NCBI GenBank assembly: GCA_951406725.2
Contig: OX597815.1
Location: forward strand, 160,270,001-160,334,000
Direction of reading: 5' to 3'
Length of the DNA stretch: 64,000 nucleotides
Origin: Octopus vulgaris
Taxonomy: Eukaryota
Under the pieces are notes generated by a model. That model did not search any database. It saw only the letters and a list, made by a program, of their open reading frames with translations, and was not told the origin of the DNA. Positions 52,983-64,000 of this stretch are shown piece by piece. The translations under genes were made by a program, and so were the position numbers. Position 1 is the first letter of the stretch; every line of letters starts with the position of its first letter.

Positions 52983-54773
52983 TCTATAATATAAATCCTG
53001 TTCTGTGTGTGTGTGTAAGAGATTGTAATGGCCGTATTTTTCAACTGATTTTCTCCAAACTTGGAACATACATTACTTATATTCCAGAAACAGTTATAGA
53101 CTCTTAAAATTTTTCACATAGTGAGTAACAGGCCCCTGGGGCAGAAAATACTCATTCCTGGGTTACGTGGAGAAGGAAGGTAACTCTTTGCGAAGTAACT
53201 TTCAGAAATTGATTGTCTTCGTTACATACGCTGATCAAAAAATTATCACAATCTCATCTAATATATAAAATAGAGATGTGCGTATGTTCACTTTTCATGT
53301 TTATCTCTATCTCTCTATGTCTCCCTATCTCTATCTCTATATATCTCTCTGTATCTTTATCTATTTATATCTTATTTGTCAAACAAGCTATCTCTCTCTC
53401 TCTCCCTTCTCTCTTTATCTCACTCACTCTCTATTGTTTTCACTTTCATTTTTCAGACACTATCGTTTTCGTTTCAATCACTATTGTTTTCTCTGTAAGT
53501 TTTCAATCGCTATTTACAATCAACAATGACAAATTACTGACAGAAAGAAGTTCACAATTACTGATGTAAGTAATTTCCTACATAATTTTCTGACAAAAGT
53601 AACTTCATAAATTTCACTTCAATCTGTACACTTCGTTAAATTTCCCTAAAAATTTCTTATTTACTTTTGCAACAGTTTTGTGTTTTTCTGTTGTTAACGG
53701 CTTTTTCAGGTTCCTTCAATACTAGCTCTTTGGTTCACTAAGTGACAAATATTGTTTCAACCCATATGATTCTTTATTTTCTGTTCGTTGTATTAAGAAA
53801 TTTAATTTCCATTACCCAGTTATTTTCATTGTTTACTATCTTCTGCATCCATGTATATCTGTATATGTATATAACCAGGCCTACAAAGAAAGAGTCAGAT
53901 TTGTCTACAATGAGAAGAATGTTTCTGTCCAGGGAAAGAGAGACAGCTGCAGAAAGGGAAGCATGCTAAGAAACGAACAGACTGTGCATTACAAAAGCTA
54001 GAGCATCTCAAAGTGATGAACAGAGGTATGCACAGACAAGGAATAGGATCTTCACTGCAGAATGACGAGCAGTTGCAACAGCTCAGAGAAGCAACTTCTT
54101 TGAAGCTGCTTTGCTTTCAATTATGATCCAGCAGTTCATTATGCAAATGACACTAGAGTTTCCATTGGTGCAATAACAACTGAGTGCATACATTGTAAAG
54201 CCAGGTAGTGGCCTGGAGAGACACCTGCACTATGCTACATTGGTGGAGAGGTTAAACTTCCTGCAAATCCCCCAATCTCCAGAGCCATTGAAGAAATTGT
54301 TGTCATCAACTGACCAAGATTCCAAGCACCTACCCCAAAAAAGTTAGACAATACAATGCTGCACCACAAATGACACCATTTGGAGCCAAAAAAGATTTAA
54401 CTGAGCCAGGATTCATGCAAACTTTCAAGTTCCAAGGTCGGATTTATCATCAGATTGGCCCTCTTATACCTCTATCAAATAAATCACCAAAATCAGCCTT
54501 TTATTGTTTATAATCTGTACCTGGTTTTTTTGGTTATGAAATAAGCTACACAAAACGAGTTTTTGAATTACCTGTATTTATTTTATATTCATATATGAGT
54601 TGAAAACTTTCTTTTAACATTTCACCTAACCTCTACGTTCCATGCTGGCATGGGTTGGAGAGTTATTAATGTAGGTATCTCAGCTACTAGCAGCTGAGAC
54701 CTGTGTAATCAAGATGTCATTTTTAAATTTCCCTATTCTCTTTAACCTGGGCAACGCCAGGTATACCTTGCTA

Positions 54774-54774
<1 letters not shown>
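52983..54774 (+). mobile_element. Non-autonomous Helitron with RepHel N-terminal remnant
   Basis: 5' A|TCTATAATATAAA and 3' hairpin ACCTGG-GCAACG-CCAGGT then CTAG|T. Internal decayed frame about 54110-54480: AFNYDP...IG...CIHCKA..WPGE...C..G.VKLP...YNAA.QMTPFGA...GFMQTFKFQGRIYHQIGPL. Confidence 0.88.
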
Positions 54775-54810
<36 letters not shown>

Positions 54811-54822
54811 TGTATGTGTGTG

Positions 54823-54879
<57 letters not shown>

Positions 54880-55899
54880 TTATATATATGTGTGTGTATA
54901 CGCACACACACACATATATTTTTAAAAAATAACTCTTTATTAATTCACGCCTGGTTGAATTCATTAACACAATATTTTGTTTCATTAAACAAAAGATCAA
55001 TTCTTTACATAGTTACCTTGTATATCTAACTTATATCAGTAGAAAAACTCTGTAAAATTAATTCATAGAATATATACATATTTGCCATTTACATTTTTTA
55101 AATATATTTTCAGTTTTCTTTATAGCTTTTGTCTTCGTAATTGCATAAGTTAGATGGGTTTTGCAAATTTAGACATTTACTTTTTATCAGAGCAAATAAT
55201 TTTTACAGCTTGATGCACTTTTCTCCTGTTCACCAATTAACCATGAAATGGGAATGGTACTTGCTGTTATCTGGACTTCACCAAAATTTTTATGAAATTC
55301 TGTTTCTTTCCATTTTGCTTGCTCAGGCATGGCTTTGTGATATTCAAGAATGAGCCAGCTGAGGGGAGATTCCTTCAAATCAATCTCACCCTCTTTATGT
55401 TTACATATACAATTGATCTGACTAGAGATCAACAGGGTGCTAACTTGAGATATTAGAAATAGCAGCCATATCTCCCTCAAACCATAAACATCTTAACTCT
55501 CTTATCTCTTACACTAGCACTGCTCCTATTTCATATTTGAATTTATTTTAACATATTTGTTATCTGGGCATACAAGCAGATAGTTATCTCAGTTTCTATG
55601 CCTGAGTCAAAGAGGGAGACCTCTCTATCATCCGTAGGTCTGCTCTACATAGCAATGTCAAGTATCTCTTACGTCATGTAGAAAATTGCGTATGTGTATG
55701 AGTTTAAGCCATAAATGGACAACTATTTTGTAGCACAACCTCTTAGAAATATAAACCAATTCATCCTCAAATCATATCGTACTGCTTTGTGTTAACATTT
55801 ATATCGGTTGAACCAACAAGGGAGATATTGCATGGCATCTCTAACAGAGAAAACTACTTTATCTGTTAGGTCAGGACAGAGGGCAGTGCCCATGGCCTT

Positions 55900-56350
55900 T
55901 ACAGGCTCTCCTAGGCATCCGTGACATTGAGGCCATTAAAGTTCCAATTGAATAAGCCAACACTTATGGTAAATATATGAACAAGGGGGGAAATATGGAA
56001 GACCAGCATTCTTGGAACAAAGTACTGGGTGTAGTGATTATGGGAAGATCTGGATGTGTTTAATAAAACAAATGAGATAAGAAGAAGAGAAACGGGTTGA
56101 CATGAATACTTGAGCGGGGACAGCATGAACCCAGCCAGCTCCAGTGTGCAAAGGCCATTATAGTGATAGTTGAAAAAAAGTCAGAGAAGTGATAATTGGC
56201 TTCTTGGACAGAGGCTGGAGCTAATCAGGCGAGTGGTTAATTTCTGGATGAGCCCCCATATATCTGAGTGTGCAGCATAGTTCAAAATGAGAGAGCAATA
56301 TTTTAATGCAAGCCCCAGCTGATATTTGTAGACTATCAATAATTGTTGAA
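55900..56350 (-). mobile_element. Old CR1/Jockey-like LINE 3' fragment
   Basis: Decayed minus-strand similarity to MEYCSHIWGG and FFPRT..LWN-type C-terminal motifs. Weak. Confidence 0.4.
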
Positions 56351-56774
56351 GACCAGAGTATTTTCAGGCTCTGAAGAGAAGGGTTATTGATTCTGACACA
56401 ATCGTAGATATATTAAGAGAAAGTTTTTGCCACTGCACACATAAACAATAAATTACTCTCAGGTAAATGCATGTATAAAGCAAACACACATACACACACA
56501 TTCGTATGTGTGTTAGAGTACAACACGAAGTCGATGTAGTTACATACATTCATTCAAAATTATAATCATTTTAGATGCTTATGCATAATTAATCAATTAA
56601 TTAATTAATCAGTTTGCCCTCAACCATTTCTGTCAGATTCTAAAGATATTGTGGAAGATTTTCAGTTTCCAAACAAAGATATAACCTAGTGAGTGGTATA
56701 CATAGATAGATAGATAGATAGATAGAGCAAGCAAAAGACAGAAAGATTGTTACATAGTTGTAGGTATGTGTATA

Positions 56775-56805
<31 letters not shown>

Positions 56806-56839
56806 TTGTGTGTGTTTGTGTGCATCATATATACTAACA

Positions 56840-56904
<65 letters not shown>

Positions 56905-56924
56905 CTCTCTCTATATATATATAT

Positions 56925-57137
56925 AGTGACAGTGTGTGTACCGTGTGTGGCGATTTTTTTCCTCCGTCTTCCCTTCTTTGGATCCTTCCTTTTCCTATGT
57001 TTCTGACGAAGAGCTCCGCTCGAAACATTAAACCCTCCTTCTTTCCTTCCTTCCTGAGCGTCCAATAATACTATATTTGTTCCACGCACTTGCGTTGTTG
57101 TGTTTTCCCTTTTTGTTTTCGTGTTTGGATTAACTAT
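56925..57137 (+). mobile_element. Solo PLE-type tail inserted in (TA)n
   Basis: Bounded by TA runs, contains an HHR, and shares TTCCTGAGCGT..TAATAC..T.TTTGTT with the PLE tail at 27415-27450. Confidence 0.75.
56999..57033 (+). ncRNA. Minimal hammerhead ribozyme motif, intact core
   Basis: GUUU-CUGACGA-A-GAGC(UCC)GCUC-GAAA-C-AUU-AAAC. Confidence 0.8.
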
Positions 57138-57159
57138 ATATATATATATATATATATAT

Positions 57160-57558
57160 AGGTGCAGTTGTGATTATGTGGTAAGAAACTTGCTTACCAA
57201 CCACATGGCTCTGGGTTTGGTCCCACTGCATTCCACTTTGGGCAAGTGTCCTCCACTATAGCTTTGAGCTGACCAAAGTCTTTAGAATGGATTTGGTAGA
57301 TGGAAACTGAAATAGACCATTCATATATATGTATATCTGTGTATGTCTTTGTGTCTGTTTGTCCCCCAACATATCTAGGCAATCGGTGTTGGTCTGTTTA
57401 GTTCTCATAGCTTAGCAGTTTGGCAAAAGAGATTGATAGAATAACTACCAGTCTTATAAGAAGTACTGGGGCTAATTAATTTGACGACAAGAATTCTTCA
57501 AGGTGGTACACCAGCATGGTTACAATTTAATGATTGAAACGCATAAGGATAAAAGATA
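57160..57558 (+). mobile_element. SINE family A (diverged)
   Basis: Head, body and tail are homologous to 23757-24195. Confidence 0.75.
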
Positions 57559-58247
57559 GATATACATATTGATATAAATGCAGATATAATATATATATAG
57601 ATGCAGGTGTATGTACGCATAAATGTGCATGTGTGTACATGTGTGTATACTCATGTTTCTGTGTTTGTGTACAAAATTAAGAATCATTGATCTAATTCAA
57701 AAAGTTTTGTTTCAAATTATCCTTATGATGTCACAGTATGTAACGTTTTCTCCTGAACCTTCATTTCAAATAATTTTCTCTTTGTTTCAACTTTTGGTCA
57801 TGATTAGAAGCTAGGGAATGTGTCCCAAGGGTATCACCCAAACACCTCAAGACTAATGGGAAGTCAGTCATCTGCACTTTGGTTTTGGTTTTTGTGGGGA
57901 TGGTTTATGCACCTTTGTGTTCTCAACCTCACCACTGTAACATGCTCATACATACCATAACATAATGCCCTGTAGTGTTCCTGTAACCATATGAACTCTT
58001 AACCAGGTAATTCTAGAACAGGCAACAGGGGGGTTCCAACCAGAAAGACAGACTTCACTCTCAGTATATTCATATAGAATATTTGATCGTACATAATTAT
58101 GTGATTGTAAAAATAATTTAACATTAAGCAACAATAGTAGCATAGCTAGTGTGTGTGCTGCCTGTGGTAACCATTGACTGTGTCACTCCACCCCTGATAC
58201 AGACATATACAGGAAATCCAAAAGTGCCATCTCTATTGCTTCCCTCT

Positions 58248-58446
58248 TATTTCTTTATTGCCCACAAGGGGCTAAACAAGGACAGTCAAAGGGATTAAGT
58301 CGATTATATCGACCCCAGTGTGTACTGGTACTTAATTTATCGACCCCGAAAGGATGAAAGGCAAAGTCGACCTGGCGGAATTTGAACTCAAAACTTAACA
58401 GCAGACGAAATACCGCTAACGTGCTAACGTTTCTGCCAGCTCGCCA
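58248..58446 (-). mobile_element. SINE family B
   Basis: Matches 37880-38105. CT(A/G)TTGCTTCCCTCTT on both sides suggests a TSD. Confidence 0.85.
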
Positions 58447-59327
58447 TGCTCTGTTGCTTCCCTCTTGATATACCATTGTCGATGATGATGATGATGATGA
58501 TGATTAAGCAATTTTTTGTTTTAGTTCTCATAACTAGGTTCTGTGTTTCATGAACTGATAACACTATGATGCATAACTAGTGAAATCTTCTAAACTGTTA
58601 TCACATGCTACCCACGTTTCTTACAAAATTGTCGTATTTGTAGAAACAGACAGTCCTTGTCTTCTTTGATCCACAGTCTATTCAATTAGTTTATTTTCAA
58701 GATTTTGCCATTTTAGTCTCTCCCCACAACGAAATTGTATTCATCACTTTTTAGTCCTTTTAAAGTTTTTACTTTATAGAGCAAATGACAAATCATCTTT
58801 ACTTTGGTGGAGGACCAAAATGTCTTACGGCAGCTCTATTTACATTTTTTATTTTGCTTTTTTTCTTGCATAATTAATCACAATTTGAATTTAGCTGTGT
58901 ATGATAGTCTCTTTTCTTTAGACTAAATGTTGGGGTGAAAACAGAGCAAAACATTAAGAAACAAATCATTTTGCTCCCTCTGCCTAAAATTCACTTCTCC
59001 AGCTTTTGGTTATACATCCAACTTGACAGTAAGTATGTGCCAGACTGTAAAGTGTAGCTTATAAAAACTGAAAAACAGATGAAGCATTTGCCAATGTTAT
59101 TTACATTAAGCACTTTGATTGGTCAACTACATTGCACATTTGAAAGTCAAGGCAAGCACTCGGAAATGATTTCTTTATTTGTTAAAAACTTAGGTCTGAA
59201 GATTATCAATGATGCAAACAAACTTATTCTGCACTATATCAAACAGCAATCACTGTATGTTTGCAAGACATTTTACTCTCATTCAGTTTTTAAAAGAAAA
59301 ATATTATGACTGTTATAAATAACACAT

Positions 59328-59546
59328 TCAGATGGACTGGGCTGGCTTCACCAGGCCCCAATCTTGATCTGGCAGAGTTTTTGGGCATCCAGCTGTAGAA
59401 ACTCTGCCAGATCAAGATTGGAGCCTGGTGCAGTCATCTGGTTTGCCAGCCCTCAGTCAAATCGTCCAACCCATGCTAGCATAGAAAGCTGACATTAAAC
59501 GATGATGATGATGATGATGACATATTTCGAACATGAAATAATACAG

Positions 59547-59580
<34 letters not shown>

Positions 59581-59697
59581 ACTGCCAGATCTGACTGGCC
59601 TGGTGCAGCCTTCGGGCTCCTCAGACCCCAGTTGAACCGTCCAACCCATGCTAGCATGGAAAGCGGACGTTAAATGATGATGATGATGATGATGATG

Positions 59698-59728
<31 letters not shown>
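59328..59728 (+). mobile_element. Two RTE-like tails, the first with a 5' inversion
   Basis: 59349-59380 is reverse-complementary to 59399-59430. The second tail is flanked by a repeated CATGAAATAATACAGCTATATATATA. Confidence 0.75.
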
Positions 59729-60360
59729 GCATGAAATAATACAGCTATATATATAGCTGTATGTATTATTTGATACCTGAAATTTCTTAGTTTAAATTTG
59801 TTATTTATGCATGCAAGAGGAGAATATTCCTTCACTAATGTTCAAAATGCCTGCTTTGATATTATGATGTTTAATTTCTCTGTAATACGAGGATGCATAT
59901 GCTGCCTCATCCTTAATATTAACTGGCCTCAGCTATGATGCTCCTGTTTATTTGAAGGTTGTATATTCTCTGTTCTTATAGGCTCTATACCATATTAGAT
60001 CTATTAAATATCGTTACCTCATCAGCAAACATTTTGAACATTACAGAAGAAACAGATTGCACAAACAACAATTTAAACAAAATTTCAAGCATGACACGTC
60101 ATCCCCCTTACCAGCTATCTGACCAAGTTAAATTTATGATATAATGTTGATAATGATTATATGCACAATATATAATAGACATATACTTCCAGGAACTCAT
60201 CGAGGAATGTTAAGCTGCATTGATATGTATTGCATATGTGTAACATATATATACAAGACAGCAAGCAATTTGTAAAATATATTTTATGAACTTAACAATT
60301 TTATAGACAAGTATACATTCAAAAGCTATAGAAATCCTATAAATAGGATACACACACATG

Positions 60361-60539
60361 TATGAGGGGGTACTGAAAAGTTCTTTGCCTGCTTGGTGGC
60401 CCAACCTTCTGAGTTCTTTTACAGGACTTAGTGTATGAAATTGAGAGGGGGGATAGATATGTTGAATAAAATCATAATTAACTGATTCTCCTGTATTTTC
60501 TTTTACCTAAAGCCAAGAACTTTTCAGCATCCCCTCATA
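60361..60539. mobile_element. Mariner-derived MITE
   Basis: TIRs TATGAGGGGGTACTGAAAAGTTCTT / AAGAACTTTTCAGCATCCCCTCATA with terminal TA. Confidence 0.8.
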
Positions 60540-61454
60540 CATCCACAAAATGCCGGTGTATGTTGCATGTTGTATACATTAGTATACATTCATATATATA
60601 TATAAGTTCAGTAAAAATTTAGATTCAGTTGAATATGGTACTTAAGTTAAAGGCACCCGAATTTATTATGGTATTATCCATATAATTCAAAATGGGGTGA
60701 TTATAATCAAAATAAGCAACAAGGATATCCAGAGGTATATATATATGTGTGTGCGTGTATACACACACACACACACACACATATTCTTCTTCTTTCTAGT
60801 AACAGCATCAAGCTGGTTTCTATTGGGTTTACCATGTCACGGGTAGTTGTTTCATTGTGGGTTCATAGATGTTTCAAGGGATGACCAGAGTCTGCAAAAA
60901 CAGTTCATGTCTGTATTCGTAAACCACCATACATGACCAGTGGCAGGTCATCATTGTGTTACACCTTCTCACCACAGAATGCTCAAAAATGTGATCGATT
61001 GCCACCAAGAAGCTGCTGGATTCTGGAACAAACGCCACCTGGAATTCACCATTGCCCTCCATTTAGCCCGGTTGCAGCCTTAGCACTACTGGTGTCAGAC
61101 CCATCTGCTTTGGGTGGCCCTACCAAGGACTCGAAGTCCTCAGCAGTATAGCTCTGACATGCTCATTTAACCTTCCCACCATGATGATTTTGGATTTTGA
61201 AGAAGGCATTTATACATATGGGTATGTTTGAATACACCTGTATTATGCAATTAATTTGTGTTTGAGACAAATACTCCCAAAAGTCTAAGGCCAATGCAAA
61301 AGAAATATCATTTACAGAAATCTCTAAATGAGTCACCTCTAATCCGTGTATCTATTGATTTTGAAGTTTGATATAATTCTATGAAATCTTGTGTTGTCTT
61401 TTTCAAAATGGATGCTATTTTCAATATCCTTAATTGAAATTCTTAAAGAATTAT

Positions 61455-61852
61455 CTTTTTCTTGTTTCAGGCATTAGTCTGTGGCCTTGCTGGGGCACAG
61501 CCTTGAAGAATTCTTAGGTGAATGAATTGACTCCAGACCTTCTTTTTTAAGCCTGGTACTTATTCTATTGGTCTCAATTGCTGACCTGCTAAGGTATAGG
61601 GATGTAAATATACCAACACTGGTTGTCAAGTGGTGGTGGAGGACAAACACAAAAATGCATGCATGCACACATGCACACACACATGTCCACACATGCACAC
61701 ACACACCAGTTTCCATCAATGAAATCTACTCGCAAAGCTTTTGTTAGCCAGAGGCTATTGTAGAAGACACTTACCCAAGGTGCCATGCAGCAGGACTGAA
61801 CCTGGAACTGCATGGTTGGGAAGCATGCTTCTTACCACAAAGCCATGCCTGT
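61455..61852 (-). mobile_element. SINE family A (diverged)
   Basis: Homologous to other family A copies. Confidence 0.75.
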
Positions 61853-61957
61853 GAAATTTTTCCACACAAAACCACTGGTAACACTGTTAATCCATAAATA
61901 AAGAATATCTATCCACCAAATGCAGTGTTGAGTACTTGTTCTCACTACTCAATACTA

Positions 61958-62210
<253 letters not shown>

Positions 62211-62840
62211 ATGCATGTACATATAAGCAAACGTATATGTATATATATTCCGAAGATTCTAAGGATGGAATAAAGCAAAGAGAAAACCCAAAATACAAGA
62301 ATATGAATATTATTATTCCTTTCTACACTCAGTTCAATAAATGATTTAGGAATTAAATTTCCTATCTTGCAACAACAGCAAAAGAAACAAAAAAAAAAAA
62401 CAAATACATAAAATCAACAACAACAACAAGCTATAAAAGATAAAAGAATTGATGAAAGAAAATAAAACACAAACATTAAAAACAAATAAAAGAAATAAAA
62501 TAGTTTTATTCAATCTAGAAAGTCAACAACCTGGGGCGGTATAAGAGGGAAATGTTTTCTTTTATATCGCATCGACTTTCATCATTAGCTGACGCTTGGC
62601 AAGGACACAAGAAGCACCATTGTCTTACAAGTTATACCACCCATAAATATATCGGACTCTCATCTAAAAGTGTAACCTGTTCATGTCATAGAATAAAGTT
62701 CCTGTACAATTGATTGATTCATTTGCTTATAACAATGGAATTTTAGCTTTAGGATAAAAACAAAGTTTTTTTTTTCTTCTTTGCTTCTATGTATGCAGTT
62801 TCAAATTTTCTTGTAGCTCTGTTCTCCAATGTTCATGTGT

Positions 62841-62917
<77 letters not shown>

Positions 62918-63045
62918 CATATATATATATGTATATATAGATGATATTATATTATATTTAGATTATTTATATATACATATATATGTATATATACATACAT
63001 TTATATATGTATATATAGATGATATTATATTATATTTAGATTATT

Positions 63046-63078
<33 letters not shown>

Positions 63079-63582
63079 GATATATATATATATATACATA
63101 TATATATGTATGATATACATATTTATATGTATATATATATGATATCATATGTGTTACATATTTATAATATCATATACCATACACACACACACACACACAT
63201 ATATATACATGAATGTATATACATATATACACAAATAAAATTATATAAATATGTATGTATATTTAGACATATACACACATATACATATGCATTTATATAA
63301 GCGTATATAGAACCAAGGAAAAAAAAAAGAAAAATATGAAACATGAGAAAGACATCAAAAAGAATAGTGGAGATTAAAGACATTTTTATATGTGTTTTAT
63401 CACTGATAAGTTGAAAAAGAAGAGCAAACAACTACGTTGCTCTTTTCATTGAAGGATAACATCACTTCTGTTTATAAATCAGATAGACACATACGGCCAT
63501 AGATGTATATGTGCATGTACGTTTGTTCATACGTGTATGTATGTGTATATATATATATATATCTTGCAAAACGAATATATAA

Positions 63583-63617
<35 letters not shown>

Positions 63618-64000
63618 CATACATATATATAATATATTGTGTCTATGTGTATATTGTTATGTAATGTATATATATATGATTGTATATTTGTATGCATATG
63701 TTGATAATGTATGTTTGTATGGATCTATATGTTATGAATGTATGTATATATGCATATATGTATGAAAGCATGCATAAATATAGAAGTGTTTAAATACCTA
63801 TATACATATGCATAGAATTAGATAGATATGAAATTCTTATAAGAATAATAACCAACAGCTCATACAAAACATAAAACCACAGCATGTGAACAATTAAATG
63901 TACATGTGTATGCTGCTTAGTAATGTATATATGCCTCTGTGTGCATATGTGTGTATATGTATTTGTGAGTATGTGTGTGTGTGTTATCATCATCATTTAG

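Noticed and set aside
62930-63060. Two-copy tandem repeat of about 77 bp
   Set aside because: Ordinary slippage duplication inside degenerate TA microsatellite.

Overview
AT-rich eukaryotic (metazoan) non-coding DNA, very dense in (TA)n, (CA)n and (GAT)n microsatellites and old interspersed repeats. The repeat families look like those of an octopus/cephalopod genome, which is an inference from recalled repeat motifs. There is no intact gene, and nearly all ORF-track entries are microsatellite translations. Recognisable content: tRNA-headed SINEs, RTE-like LINE 3' ends, decayed mariner and DD37D transposons, a full-length decayed Tigger/pogo element, a Helitron with both termini, Gypsy pol remnants, a Penelope-like element (PLE) GIY-YIG remnant and a few candidate small host exons. 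The most notable signal is a set of minimal hammerhead-ribozyme (HHR) motifs in PLE-type tails, at least five clear copies plus a variant pair. One lies in a short non-coding element built as tRNA-like Pol III head + (AAT)n + HHR + inverted tail. A related inverted copy about 36 kb away has a 15-bp target-site duplication (TSD) and appears to carry transduced flank. Several fold-back palindromes (arms of about 22, 41, 720 and 780 bp) sit in or next to (TA)n tracts. All coordinates were read by eye and ends are approximate.
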